NCBI GenBank assembly: GCA_964585475.1
Contig: CAZPDF010000007.1
Span: 1 to 58,554 of the forward strand
Direction: 5' to 3'
DNA: 58,554 bases
Origin: an uncultured Candidatus Saccharibacteria bacterium
GTDB lineage: Bacteria > Patescibacteriota > Minisyncoccia > Sungbacterales > HO2-52-23
Part shown: piece after piece, positions 50,201 to 57,559 of the stretch
Layout of the letters: each line of letters begins with the position of its first letter
Numbering within the stretch: the first letter of the stretch is position 1
Program-made: the position numbers and the translations under genes
The notes under the pieces: generated by a model
Seen by the model: the letters and a program-made list of their open reading frames with translations, nothing else
The model's database searches: none
What the model was told of the DNA's origin: nothing

Positions 50201-51302
50201 GGGAGATCTGGTGAGTCTCGACGCCTCCAGTCCTGTTTTTGTCACAAAATCATCGCAAGCGATCACTTCGCCAATCATTGGTGTGGTTTCTACCAAGCCG
50301 GGCTTACTTCTCGGAGGATACGGCATAGAACTCTTTGAAGACGCAAGAAAGGTTCCTGTTGCGCTCTCCGGCCGGGTTCCGGTGAAGATTTCGGATGAGG
50401 GCGGCGCGGTAAAAATCGGAGATCGAATCGGGCTTTCCTCGCTTGCCGGAGTGGGGCTTAAGGCGACGACTTCGGGCGTTACCGTCGGTATCGCGCTTGA
50501 AAATTTTGGCCCGGCAAATTCAACCACAAGCGTTCTTCTTTCCTACGGCCGGACGGTAAAAACCGGAAAGGTTTTGGTTTTCGTGAATCTGGGGTATTCG
50601 AAGCTGGACGACGGAGTAACCAGTAACCAGTTACTAGTTACCAGTTCAACGACAAACGGCTGGTCGGTTGACCAGACCTCCGGCAAGGTCAGCGTCGGAT
50701 TTTACGGAGATATAGACATGCATGGGAATTCAATCGTGAATGTCGCAAAAATTGTTTCGCAAAACGGCAAATGGCGGATTGACGACGACGGGACCTTGAT
50801 TGCGACCCGCGTTGTTGCGGATGAGGTAACAACGCAGAAACTGACTGTCGGCTCGCCGACAAACCCGACCGGAATCACGCTTTTTGGCGAAGACGGCCTG
50901 CCTTACTGCGTTAAAGTCGGGACGGGAGGAGTGGTGAGGGCCGAGCAGGGAGAATGTGTGGCCTCCGTACCGTCTGTTATTCCAAGCGGTTCTGATGTCA
51001 TCCTGAGCGGTAGCGAAGGATCTCTAGATCCTTCGGCTGATGCCTCAGGACGACCCGCGGGGTCGGATTCTTCGGCTACTTCGTCGCCTCAGAATGACGT
51101 GGGAGGGGCGACCGCTTCCAGCACCACGACCGTAATCTCTGAAACTTCAACCACGACTCCGACGGTCGCCACGGAACCTACGCCTTCACCCGAACCTCCG
51201 CCGGCGCCAGCTCCGGAATCTTCTCCCGCGCCCGAACCCACGCCTACAGCCACTGCATCAAGCACTCCCATAACCAGTATCGAGCTGACCCCCGCGACTT
51301 AA
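44283..51302 (+). CDS. Giant (2339 aa) tail-fibre-like surface protein with LVIVD-type repeats
   Basis: N-terminal TM helix. About 10 copies of the G(R)LGIGTTSPxxxLxVxG motif. Eight or more GRYAYVVDxGSxDLKVIDVSNPSAP repeats (about 47800-48650). Pro/Thr/Ser-rich C-terminal tail. Confidence 0.8.
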   Translation: MSFSSKKPQKDGVTRRSLWLLGCFLAALVLTAGLIGVWSAEASSLEDAQDLTVLSLSSSRPLFAAFLDDAGTFIRSLFRRLIPSRAVTADLDGQAIRQKNSGLLAPSTPRSTVRINVPSEFKTEVTVRGLLRGTDIDLGSGTIIASNVIYGVTAGDGIVITGGQRPAVSSAFWRRRGDVIVTRDPGLSLEVTGGVTIGTTTGSRLTFAGPSVTRYLGTNLTQYNNFSTTTILNSAANAWSIATSATATPILSIDTRGAGSVKITGSLGIGTTSLGAVLAVQQQDASTTAFRLIGLSERLGRLFEIIDASSTPRLVIDGSGRLGIGTTSPSSLLAVSGSSTFTGPLSASASAYLATAGGSVGVGTVNPTSLLSVRGTLDVSLDAKFGTSPLIPVISCGGSGVLETDGEGRITCGSDAVGGGGVGGSGATGQVTFWASSGSLTGNSNLIFDSSTGRLGIGTSSPAQSLSVGGNTYIVGGLGVGVATTTAGAFEVSGQASIGGALSLAGNLAVSGSATSTFISGLSVGLLNISSTTASSTFASGINLNNGCFAINGGCVAGGATVTGAGASGQVTFWTGVSSISGDNAFFWDSSAGRLGLGTTSPNSLLNLYGTSTLATFQSFINSTSAFRILNAASSSVFTVDTSNGSTTISGVFNANGVGTSTFGGGLSANLLNVRSTSASSTFGNGIRLLNGCFELTDGTCAVSSAGAAASSGWTDDGTIVRLNQAGDQVSIGNSSPLSPAVLSIYATTSTAVPLIAQAAANQTADLVRIQNSGGANLIVADYQGRVSIGTSSAVSLFNLYGTSTLATFQSFINSTSAFRILNAASSSVFTVDTSNGSTTISGVFNANGVGTSTFGGGLSANLLNVRSTSASSTFGNGIILSSGCFRTVSGDCAATGSTTIDQGTANRVTYYSTASTLDSANYLTTDITNSRLGIGTTTPGTTLGVTGDAVITGVLTMRQFNATSTSATSTIQGFLDVLGTGSNSTSTYASNLWVKGGLQIGTGSVLIGNNFLNFNQSASTSLAGAVNAWNIGGANLLSIDAFNNRLGLATQTPASLLSIAGTSTIALAGSSGLGNIGLLNIQQNSIGTPAMIYGRRFTDDWVTTAATNTATSTFFLRFDDTRNQGVSNLITGTATTSGSLLFGVDVRGALTINHGSSSAVVVGKLGIGSLPQSIVVSGRYAYVVDQGSADLKVIDVSNPSAPVTVGSLGIGDLPTSIAVSGRYAYVVDYGSDDFKVIDVSNPSAPVRVGSLDIGTTPWSIAVSGRYAYVVDQVSVDLKVIDVSNPSAPVRVGSLGIGANPTSIAVSGRYAYVVDSGSDDLKVIDVSNPSAPVTVGTLGIGNLPTSIAVSGRYAYVVDRGSQDLRVIDVSNPSAPVRVGSLGIGANPTSIAVSGRYAYVVDSGSDDLKVIDVSNPSAPVTVGTLGIGDLPTSIAVSGRYAYVLDSGSDDLKVIDVSGAEVNALMAHSLEAGSLQVRDDITARGLNLSGGLTVGPNGLLSQGTVGISLPLATTTFISTSTSILTLTHATGTFAGTGLLMDFATSSATTSPTRGAGTFTGNFLEFKNRGISRFVVDKLGRLAIGTTTPAWSLQVASNTQTYLTLTANDASANLKHWTLSSQGGNFYISSSSDAYATSSTARLTLLSSGLVGVATSSPSTNFSVLGNIYATGGLGVGRSTTTAGVLDVAGSATSTFVGNFGINMTGGCYALNGSCVGGGGGVSGSGATNKVTYWDTSSTISSNALFSWDNSNVRFGVGTTSPGARLSVAGGGSASGMSNAILYSLGNFIYASSSTSTIPNLAPYAFSIATSTTAQPIFSIDTRGARGTSSFLGGFSIDDGAVLYDTATGTLSVDALNTGPMSFDTDAGMVSWIDMPSSTTTAGIAMSYSAMVDSTQVLTIYATTTASGNITFGSVGIGTTTPGAALDVLGALCVDDATPACANAARAPGTIYAVATTITGIDVAEQYPTTDTSLEAGDLVSLDASSPVFVTKSSQAITSPIIGVVSTKPGLLLGGYGIELFEDARKVPVALSGRVPVKISDEGGAVKIGDRIGLSSLAGVGLKATTSGVTVGIALENFGPANSTTSVLLSYGRTVKTGKVLVFVNLGYSKLDDGVTSNQLLVTSSTTNGWSVDQTSGKVSVGFYGDIDMHGNSIVNVAKIVSQNGKWRIDDDGTLIATRVVADEVTTQKLTVGSPTNPTGITLFGEDGLPYCVKVGTGGVVRAEQGECVASVPSVIPSGSDVILSGSEGSLDPSADASGRPAGSDSSATSSPQNDVGGATASSTTTVISETSTTTPTVATEPTPSPEPPPAPAPESSPAPEPTPTATASSTPITSIELTPAT
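50997..51098. repeat. GTCATCCTGA...TCAGAATGAC element inside the giant gene (102 nt, in frame)
   Basis: Arms at 50997, 51045 and 51089. Translated as VILSGSEGSLDPSADASGRPAGSDSSATSSPQND. Confidence 0.75.
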
Positions 51303-51348
51303 ACGTTGAAACGTTTAAACCGTTTAACAGTTTAATAAGTTTAAAAAT

Positions 51349-51873
51349 ATGGCAACAGTCCAAAGATTCGAGGATTTAATCGCCTGGCAAAAAGCGCGGG
51401 AACTTACCCGGGAAATATACAAAAGTTTAAGCGGTGAAACGTTTAAACGTTTAAACCTGCCGCCGGATTACGGTTTTATAGATCAAATCCGGCGAGCTTC
51501 GGTTTCCGTGATGTCTAATATCGCGGAAGGATTTGAACGAGGCACGCGCGCCGAGTTAATCAACTATTTATTTATCGCCAAGGGCTCCTGCGGAGAAGTG
51601 CGTGCGCAACTTTACGTTGCGTTGGACGCGGGATACTTAAACGTTGAAATGTTTAAACGTTTAATTGGTTTAAGCGAGGACTGCTCGGTTTTGATTTATC
51701 GTTTCATTCAGAGCATCAAGCAATCGGGGATCGCAGGACACCAATTCAAAAAAGAAAAATCCAAATCCCAACTTGAGCGCGAAGAATTCGACCAGTATCT
51801 TAAAAAGCATCTCGAAGAAGTCAAAACAAATCCTAGCGCCAAATTCGATATATCGCGTTTCGAAAGAAAATGA
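51349..51873 (+). CDS. Four-helix-bundle protein (23S rRNA intervening-sequence protein / Avd-like family)
   Basis: [58 protein letters not shown]. Confidence 0.75.
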   Translation: MATVQRFEDLIAWQKARELTREIYKSLSGETFKRLNLPPDYGFIDQIRRASVSVMSNIAEGFERGTRAELINYLFIAKGSCGEVRAQLYVALDAGYLNVEMFKRLIGLSEDCSVLIYRFIQSIKQSGIAGHQFKKEKSKSQLEREEFDQYLKKHLEEVKTNPSAKFDISRFERK

Positions 51874-54017
51874 ACTTTCAACTTGTCATTTTTAAGTATT
51901 TAAATATCGCGCTTATTGCGTTCGGATTTTTCTATGCGATGAGCGCCCACGCTGGCGCCATCTTCCACGCCCCGAATTACCTCGGCCTGACCTCGGGCCT
52001 GGTCGGCTACTGGTCTTTTGACGGCCCGGATGTGGCAGGAGTGCTTGCGTATGATCGCTCTTCAAGTTACGCCACCGGAACGCTCACGAACGGACCGAGG
52101 CGAGTTGTCGGCAGAATCGGACAGGCGCTGGAGTTTACGAAAGCCACCACGTCGGGCGTAAGTATGGGAGATGCGACTACGCTTAACAGTCTTACGAGTC
52201 TAACGTACTCTGCCTGGATCTACCCACGAAGTTACGGCAACATTGTTCCGGATGAGACGGGAGCGATATTAACCAAAGGGGATAATACCAACCGCGTCAA
52301 CAGAGCTTTTAAGTTAGACGATGCAACCGTGGTAGGAAGTCTGGAGTTCTTTATAAATTGTAGTGGTAACCCGCTCGATGCGTTTTCAGTAGCGAATAGC
52401 GTCACTCTCAATTCGTGGCATCATGTTTCCGTAACCTGGACCGGCGGTACAACTCGGGCAAGCGTGACATTTTATGTTGATGGAGTCCCGGTAGCGCGCG
52501 ATGGTACTGCCGGTACTGATTGTAGCCTCGGCATAGGAGACGATTCCCCGGGCCGTACCTCTCATATCGGAGGGAACACGACAATAAGTCCTACTTCCGG
52601 CGCTTTTAACGGCCTCATCGACGACGTCCGCATATATAACCGTGCCCTTTCCCCGGACGAAATCAAACGGCTCTACCGGATAGGCGGGACTCTGAAGCTC
52701 GGCAAGCCAGCTGGCGTCGGCCTCACCGACGGCCTGGTCGGCCATTGGACTTTTGATGAAGACGACATGGCCGGGGCCCTCGCTTATGACCGTTCTACCA
52801 GTTTCGCCACCGGAACGCTCACCAACGGCCCGGTGCGAGTGGCCGGCAGAATCGGGCAAGCGCTGAATTTTGACGGGGGGGATGATTATGTAGACATCGG
52901 GACGCCAGCAAGTTTGAGTCTCTCGGGACCCATGTCGGTGTGTGCGTGGATTAACGGGAAAAATTTAGGTGGCAGTAATGCGATATTCAGTAATGAGTTT
53001 GGAGGCGGCTCTCAATACACATTTGAAACATTTACCAGTGGTGCAAATTTACACTTCTATTGGATTGGCGCTGGTGGGCTTGAGGAATTTTTCACTGGTG
53101 ACATTCTTACCGACAATAGGTGGTATCACACCTGTGCCGTACGCATCAGCGATAGCAATGTCAAGATTTACCTTGATGCCGTTGAGCAGTCTGTCACCAA
53201 TTCTGGTGCCTCAGGTATTCCCGCCTCGGCAGCAGATACAGCGATTGGTAGAGAAGGGTTGCTAAATGCGGGCTACTTCCGCGGCTCTATCGACGACGTC
53301 CGCATCTACAACCGCGCTCTTTCCGCCGACGAAATCAAGCGGCTCTATAGGATCGGCGGGACTCTGAAACTCGGCAAGCCGTCCAATATCGGGCTAACTT
53401 CCGGCTTAGTAGGCCACTGGACTTTTGATGAAGATGATATGGCCGGAGTCCTGGCTTACGACAAGTCCACCAGTTTCGCCACCGGAACGCTCACAAACGG
53501 TCCTGTGCGTAAAATAGGCAGAATCGGGCAGGCGCTGAATTTTGACGGGGTGGATGATCGTGTCCCTGTGGTAACTGATTCTATAGATACTGGCACAATT
53601 ACGCTTTGCGGATGGATAAATCCGCGAGTTACCAGTTCTGCTACAGAGAAAGCACTTATGAGTAACGCAAGGTTCTTTTTCGGAGCCTCTAACGTAAATA
53701 GCCGTCTTAACCTTTATAGCAATAGTGCACTAGATCCGCCGCTACAATCCGCGGTGGATTCAATCGTCGCAAATGCGTGGCAACATATATGTGCCGTGCG
53801 GAATAGTGGGACGAATGGCCCGGCGTCGATCTACATAAACGGCGTACTCAATGCCTCCGGAAACTCTGGTACTCCCGTGTCAGGACTCGGTGCACTTAAC
53901 ATAGGCGATGATGGGTTTGGAGATTACTTTTTCAACGGCCTCATCGACGACGTTAGGGTGTATAATCGGGCTCTATCCCCTGATGAGGTACGTCGTCTGT
54001 ATAACATGGGTCGTTAA
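51870..54017 (+). CDS. Secreted protein with three LamG (concanavalin A-like) modules
   Basis: Signal peptide. Three copies of GLVGYW/HWTFD .. GQAL.F .. WH.. [25 protein letters not shown] overlap with the upstream gene. Confidence 0.75.
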   Translation: MNFQLVIFKYLNIALIAFGFFYAMSAHAGAIFHAPNYLGLTSGLVGYWSFDGPDVAGVLAYDRSSSYATGTLTNGPRRVVGRIGQALEFTKATTSGVSMGDATTLNSLTSLTYSAWIYPRSYGNIVPDETGAILTKGDNTNRVNRAFKLDDATVVGSLEFFINCSGNPLDAFSVANSVTLNSWHHVSVTWTGGTTRASVTFYVDGVPVARDGTAGTDCSLGIGDDSPGRTSHIGGNTTISPTSGAFNGLIDDVRIYNRALSPDEIKRLYRIGGTLKLGKPAGVGLTDGLVGHWTFDEDDMAGALAYDRSTSFATGTLTNGPVRVAGRIGQALNFDGGDDYVDIGTPASLSLSGPMSVCAWINGKNLGGSNAIFSNEFGGGSQYTFETFTSGANLHFYWIGAGGLEEFFTGDILTDNRWYHTCAVRISDSNVKIYLDAVEQSVTNSGASGIPASAADTAIGREGLLNAGYFRGSIDDVRIYNRALSADEIKRLYRIGGTLKLGKPSNIGLTSGLVGHWTFDEDDMAGVLAYDKSTSFATGTLTNGPVRKIGRIGQALNFDGVDDRVPVVTDSIDTGTITLCGWINPRVTSSATEKALMSNARFFFGASNVNSRLNLYSNSALDPPLQSAVDSIVANAWQHICAVRNSGTNGPASIYINGVLNASGNSGTPVSGLGALNIGDDGFGDYFFNGLIDDVRVYNRALSPDEVRRLYNMGR

Positions 54018-54056
54018 TATCCTCATTATTCCCTTTAATCCCTTTTCTTCCCCTTT

Positions 54057-54728
54057 ATGGTCATAAAAGTATCAAAAAATCCATACGGATACAGGAATCT
54101 ATTGGTTTACGAGAAAGCCGAGGAATTGCAGAAAGCATGCTCCGAGCTGACCCATCAATTCCCCAAGACAAAGACGCTCGTCGCCTTGGGCGATCAGATG
54201 GATCGCTCGGCACGCTCGACTAAACAGAATATTGCCGAGGGATGGAAGCGGAATTTGACCCACGAGTATTATCAGTTTCTCGGCTACTCGATCGCCTCCA
54301 ATGCGGAGCTTGAGGAGGATTGTAACGATATTATTAAGGGAATGTACCCGGAGTTAATGGGTATAAAGGGGATAATGGGGGAAAGGGGAGAAGGGGTAAA
54401 CGAAAGAGGAGAAATGGGGATTGACGAGGTTGAACGGATCCCTTTTTATCCCATTAATCCCCATTTGCCTCCCATGGTTGGGCTGAAACTCCGGGCCAAG
54501 GAACTTAACTTTCTGCTTGACCGTCTGCAAAAGTCGCTCGCGCAAAAAATGGCAAGCGAAGGAACCCTGTCCGAGCGGGACAAACTCCAGAGAGCCCGCG
54601 AGAAGGAAAAAGAACGCTATAAACAGGATTTTGAACTGATGGACGCCATAAGAAAAAGCGATCCCATAGCTTTTGAAAAACATTATAAAAGCGAATACGA
54701 ACGTTTGAAGAAAATATTAAATACTTAA
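54057..54728 (+). CDS. Four-helix-bundle (Avd-like) protein with an internal word-hairpin insertion and C-terminal extension
   Basis: YRNLLVYEKAEELQKA..QMDRSARSTKQNIAEGWKR..FLGYSIASNAELEED. Confidence 0.65.
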   Translation: MVIKVSKNPYGYRNLLVYEKAEELQKACSELTHQFPKTKTLVALGDQMDRSARSTKQNIAEGWKRNLTHEYYQFLGYSIASNAELEEDCNDIIKGMYPELMGIKGIMGERGEGVNERGEMGIDEVERIPFYPINPHLPPMVGLKLRAKELNFLLDRLQKSLAQKMASEGTLSERDKLQRAREKEKERYKQDFELMDAIRKSDPIAFEKHYKSEYERLKKILNT

Positions 54729-54783
54729 ACGGACTATCGAAGTCGGACTTCACCAGAATTATAAAATAACTTATAAAAATAAT

Positions 54784-55470
54784 ATGAAGAAAGCACAAGT
54801 CACATCTATCGTCGTCGGGGTTCTGGTTATCGGAGGGGTTCTCTCATGGGTTTTTTTGGCGGCCGGTCTCGGAGCGTGGTTCCTTGACCGGGGAGGGGAG
54901 GGGGAATCTTCGAGCGGGTGGAATCTCGGCCCGGTTAATTTAAACATCTTCGGCTGGGGCAGATCCGGGGAAAATCAGCGCGAAATCAGCGTTGATATCA
55001 GCGCCAAATCAGCGGTTGTTGAGCCGCCGGCTACGCAGGGACCCGGGCGTACGGTCGGAAATCGATTCGTCTCCGAAAAATACGGCTTCTCTCTGGAGTT
55101 TCCCGAAGGTTTTAAATCCTCCACTTTTCCGGACGAGAAGGGGGAGCTGGTCGTATTTGAAAAAAGCCCAAAAGAAGGACTCCAGATATATATAGCCCCC
55201 TTTGATACCGAGGGCCCGCTCACGGCCCAATTTATCCGTTCCGAAGTGCCGGATATGCCCATGCGGAATATAAAAACCGCCAAGCTCGATTCGGTGCCGG
55301 CCGTGGTTTTTGAGAGTTCCAACGAATCCATCGGCGCGACTTTAGAAATTTGGCTCGCCCATCCCGAATCTCCGGTTCCCCACGGAAACTATCTTTACCA
55401 GATCTCGACCTACAAAGAATTTGCCGGGGAGATGACGGAGATATTACAAAGTTGGAAGTTTGTACAATAG
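54784..55470 (+). CDS. Membrane-anchored hypothetical protein
   Basis: N-terminal TM helix, no recognised motif. Confidence 0.5.
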   Translation: MKKAQVTSIVVGVLVIGGVLSWVFLAAGLGAWFLDRGGEGESSSGWNLGPVNLNIFGWGRSGENQREISVDISAKSAVVEPPATQGPGRTVGNRFVSEKYGFSLEFPEGFKSSTFPDEKGELVVFEKSPKEGLQIYIAPFDTEGPLTAQFIRSEVPDMPMRNIKTAKLDSVPAVVFESSNESIGATLEIWLAHPESPVPHGNYLYQISTYKEFAGEMTEILQSWKFVQ

Positions 55471-55495
55471 ATTCAAGATTTAAGATTCACGATTC

Positions 55496-55879
55496 ATGAA
55501 TAACGAAGCGGGAAAAATCCGAGAATTTACGGATTTAAAAGTGTGGCAAGAAGGCCACCGCCTTGTCATAGCAATTTATGCCGTAACTAAAAAGTTTCCC
55601 AAAGAAGAAATTTATTCACTGATAGACCAAATGCGAAGGGCGGTATCCTCAATAACCTCAAATATAGCAGAGGGTTTTGGCCGACATACCATGAAAGAAA
55701 AAATTCAATTCTATTATCATGCGCAAGGGTCCCTTACCGAACTGAAGAATCAGCTTTTTATCGCCCGCGATGTCGGATATCTTACGGCCGGCGACTTTGA
55801 GACGTTGATGAAAAGTGTTGAAGATACTCACCGATTACTGCAGGGTCTTATCACAAAATCAAAATCCTTTTTAAAATAA
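55496..55879 (+). CDS. Four-helix-bundle protein (Avd-like / 23S IVS protein family)
   Basis: FTDLKVWQEGHRLVIAIY..QMRRAVSSITSNIAEGFGR..YHAQGSLTELKNQLFIARD. Confidence 0.8.
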   Translation: MNNEAGKIREFTDLKVWQEGHRLVIAIYAVTKKFPKEEIYSLIDQMRRAVSSITSNIAEGFGRHTMKEKIQFYYHAQGSLTELKNQLFIARDVGYLTAGDFETLMKSVEDTHRLLQGLITKSKSFLK

Positions 55880-55922
55880 AGGGAATATATTCTTAAATCA
55901 TGAATCTTGAATCGTGTATCAA

Positions 55923-56067
55923 ATGAAACAGAACATCATTACAACCTCATTCCTGGTTTTCGCATTTATCTTCATTTTCAGCGGTGAAGCTAGCGCCGGT
56001 GCTCTCATCAACCGCGCGCCCACATCTCTGGGTTTGATTTCGGGTTTGGTCGGCTACTGGTCTTTTT
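55923..56067 (+). pseudogene. Decapitated LamG gene 5' cassette 1 (signal peptide to GLVGYWSF)
   Basis: [30 protein letters not shown], then interrupted by the hairpin element at 56068. Confidence 0.65.
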
Positions 56068-56167
56068 ACCCCGTTAGAGGCAAGACGCCAAGCCCCATTA
56101 CTGCAAGCAGTAACGGGGCGAGGGCGTCTGCCGATTCGCCTTTAGCGAATAGGGCCTCTAACGGGGT
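56068..56167. repeat. 100-nt hairpin element, CCCCGTTAGAGGC / GCCTCTAACGGGG termini
   Basis: Perfect 13-bp termini at 56069-56081 / 56154-56166, plus inner stems AGACGCC/GGCGTCT and ATTCGC/GCGAAT. Confidence 0.8.
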
Positions 56168-56219
56168 TGACGGCCCGCCCCGGTTAAAACAAGTTTTAAC
56201 GGGGTAAAGATATGGCTTG

Positions 56220-56322
56220 CCCCGTTAGAGCCACAATTGTCATGATTTATAATTATGTAATACAGAGTAAAAAAGACGGACGATGCCATGCTGGTTGCAC
56301 ACGCTTTCTGGCTCTAACGGGG
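56220..56322. mobile_element. Deletion-derivative element retaining only the first ~24 codons of a GIY-YIG gene
   Basis: CCCCGTTAGAGCC (56220-56232) and GGCTCTAACGGGG (56310-56322) are perfect inverted repeats. The interior starts ATG at 56242, MIYNYVIQSKKDGR. Confidence 0.6.
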
Positions 56323-56565
56323 CGAGGAAACAGAAAATCCGCCGCGTTATACGACGGACTTTCCGATGGACCCGGGGAGACTTGCACTCCCTTCGCTGGG
56401 TACCAACGCCAGCATGCTACTATATGCAACACAGGCCCGGATCCGTTGGCAATTATACAACAGAAAAGGCCCCTTTGAAAGGACCTTTTCTGGGTACCCA
56501 GCTTTGACCCGTGATGTATAGAGTCATACCGGCGTTGTAGCTCCATTGTAGCAGATGTAAAAACT

Positions 56566-56841
56566 ATGTCAAGCGTTTTACCCACAACCAAAAAACAACT
56601 GTATTTCTACTGCATTTCCATTGTATTTCTATTGAATTTCATGGTATTTCCTTATATTGCCAACGCCGGCGCTGTGATTAACAAGGCACCCGCTTCTCTC
56701 GGTCTGATTTCCGGCCTTGCCCCGTTAGAAGTAAGTCGCCCAAGGCGACTGCCGATGCGTTTATTCACCCCGTTAGGGACGATGTCTCTAACGGGGCGGG
56801 TCGGACTTCTAACGGGGCTGGTCGGCTACTGGCCCCGTTAG
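56566..56841 (+). pseudogene. Decapitated LamG 5' cassette 2, carrying an in-frame hairpin element
   Basis: ..AGAVINKAPASLGLISGL[34-aa insertion]LVGYW, then the left end of the GIY-YIG element. Confidence 0.6.
56719..56818. repeat. 100-nt hairpin element with a nested smaller hairpin
   Basis: CCCCGTTAGAAGT (56720-56732) / ACTTCTAACGGGG (56805-56817), perfect. Inner pair 56768-56796. Confidence 0.8.
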
Positions 56842-57232
56842 AGCCGCACTTATTATGTTTTACACATATTTATTACAAAGTCTCAAAGACAAACGGTGGT
56901 ACACCGGCTGTACGAATGATTTGCGCAAGCGTTTTAAGGAACACAACGAAAATAAAGTTCCGGCTACTAGAGGGCGGGGTCCTTTTGAGCTGATCTACTA
57001 TGAAGCTTGCATGAATGCGCAGGATGCTTATGCTCGCCCCGTTAGAAGTCCGGCAATGCCCAATGATTTTCAGTACCATGTTAAGCGAAGCGGCTTCGCC
57101 TTACACAATTTAGGTGGAAACACACTAACTTTGACTTCTAACGGGGCAAGAGAAAAATACTTGAAATCTGTTTCGGGAAAAAGATATCTCAAAAATCGTT
57201 TGAAACGTTTCCTAAATTTGTCTCTAACGGGG
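56833..57232 (+). mobile_element. Candidate autonomous element: inverted repeats bracketing a GIY-YIG nuclease gene (400 bp)
   Basis: CCCCGTTAGAGCC (56833-56845) versus GTCTCTAACGGGG (57220-57232), 12 of 13 complementary. The GIY-YIG ORF starts 10 nt inside the left end. Confidence 0.55.
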
Positions 57233-57466
57233 GCGGGAATTTTTCTTATTATATTTATCTTGACTATAGATACAGCTAGGGCGGGAGCCGTCATTAACAA
57301 AGCACCGATATCATTGGGGTTGATATCTGGACTAGTGGGCTACTGGTCTTTTTACCCCGTTAGAGGCAAGACGCCAAGCCCCATTACTGCAAGCAGTAAC
57401 GGGGCGAGGGCGTCTGCCGCGCCTTCGGCGCGAGCCTCTAACGGGGTTGACGGCCCGCCCCATTAG
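56855..57466 (+). CDS. Small GIY-YIG nuclease (COG2827-like) with a 38-codon hairpin insertion, reading through into LamG cassette 3
   Basis: MFYTYLLQSLKDKRWYTGCTNDLRKRFKEHN..PFELIYYEAC..AYA[insertion]REKYLKSVSGKRYLKNRL. No stop codon before the right repeat. Confidence 0.55.
   Translation: MFYTYLLQSLKDKRWYTGCTNDLRKRFKEHNENKVPATRGRGPFELIYYEACMNAQDAYARPVRSPAMPNDFQYHVKRSGFALHNLGGNTLTLTSNGAREKYLKSVSGKRYLKNRLKRFLNLSLTGAGIFLIIFILTIDTARAGAVINKAPISLGLISGLVGYWSFYPVRGKTPSPITASSNGARASAAPSARASNGVDGPPH
57036..57147. repeat. Hairpin element nested inside the GIY-YIG ORF
   Basis: CCCCGTTAGAAGTC (57037-57050) / GACTTCTAACGGGG (57133-57146), perfect 14 bp. Confidence 0.8.
57354..57447. repeat. Second copy of the 56068-56167 element in LamG cassette 3
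   Basis: 57338-57419 is identical by eye to 56052-56133. The apical hairpin differs but still pairs (CGCGCC/GGCGCG). Confidence 0.8.
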
Positions 57467-57559
57467 ATAAAAACACATAAGTTATGAAACAGGAGTATGT
57501 GATAAAATAAAAAAAATGTAATCCGTTAGCAAAATCTTATATGTTTTTATCTAACGGGG
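57458..57559. repeat. Hairpin element, CCCCATTAGATAAAAACA / TGTTTTTATCTAACGGGG
   Basis: Inserted at the same GACGGCCCG|CCCC junction as the 27-nt version at 56178-56204. Confidence 0.65.
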
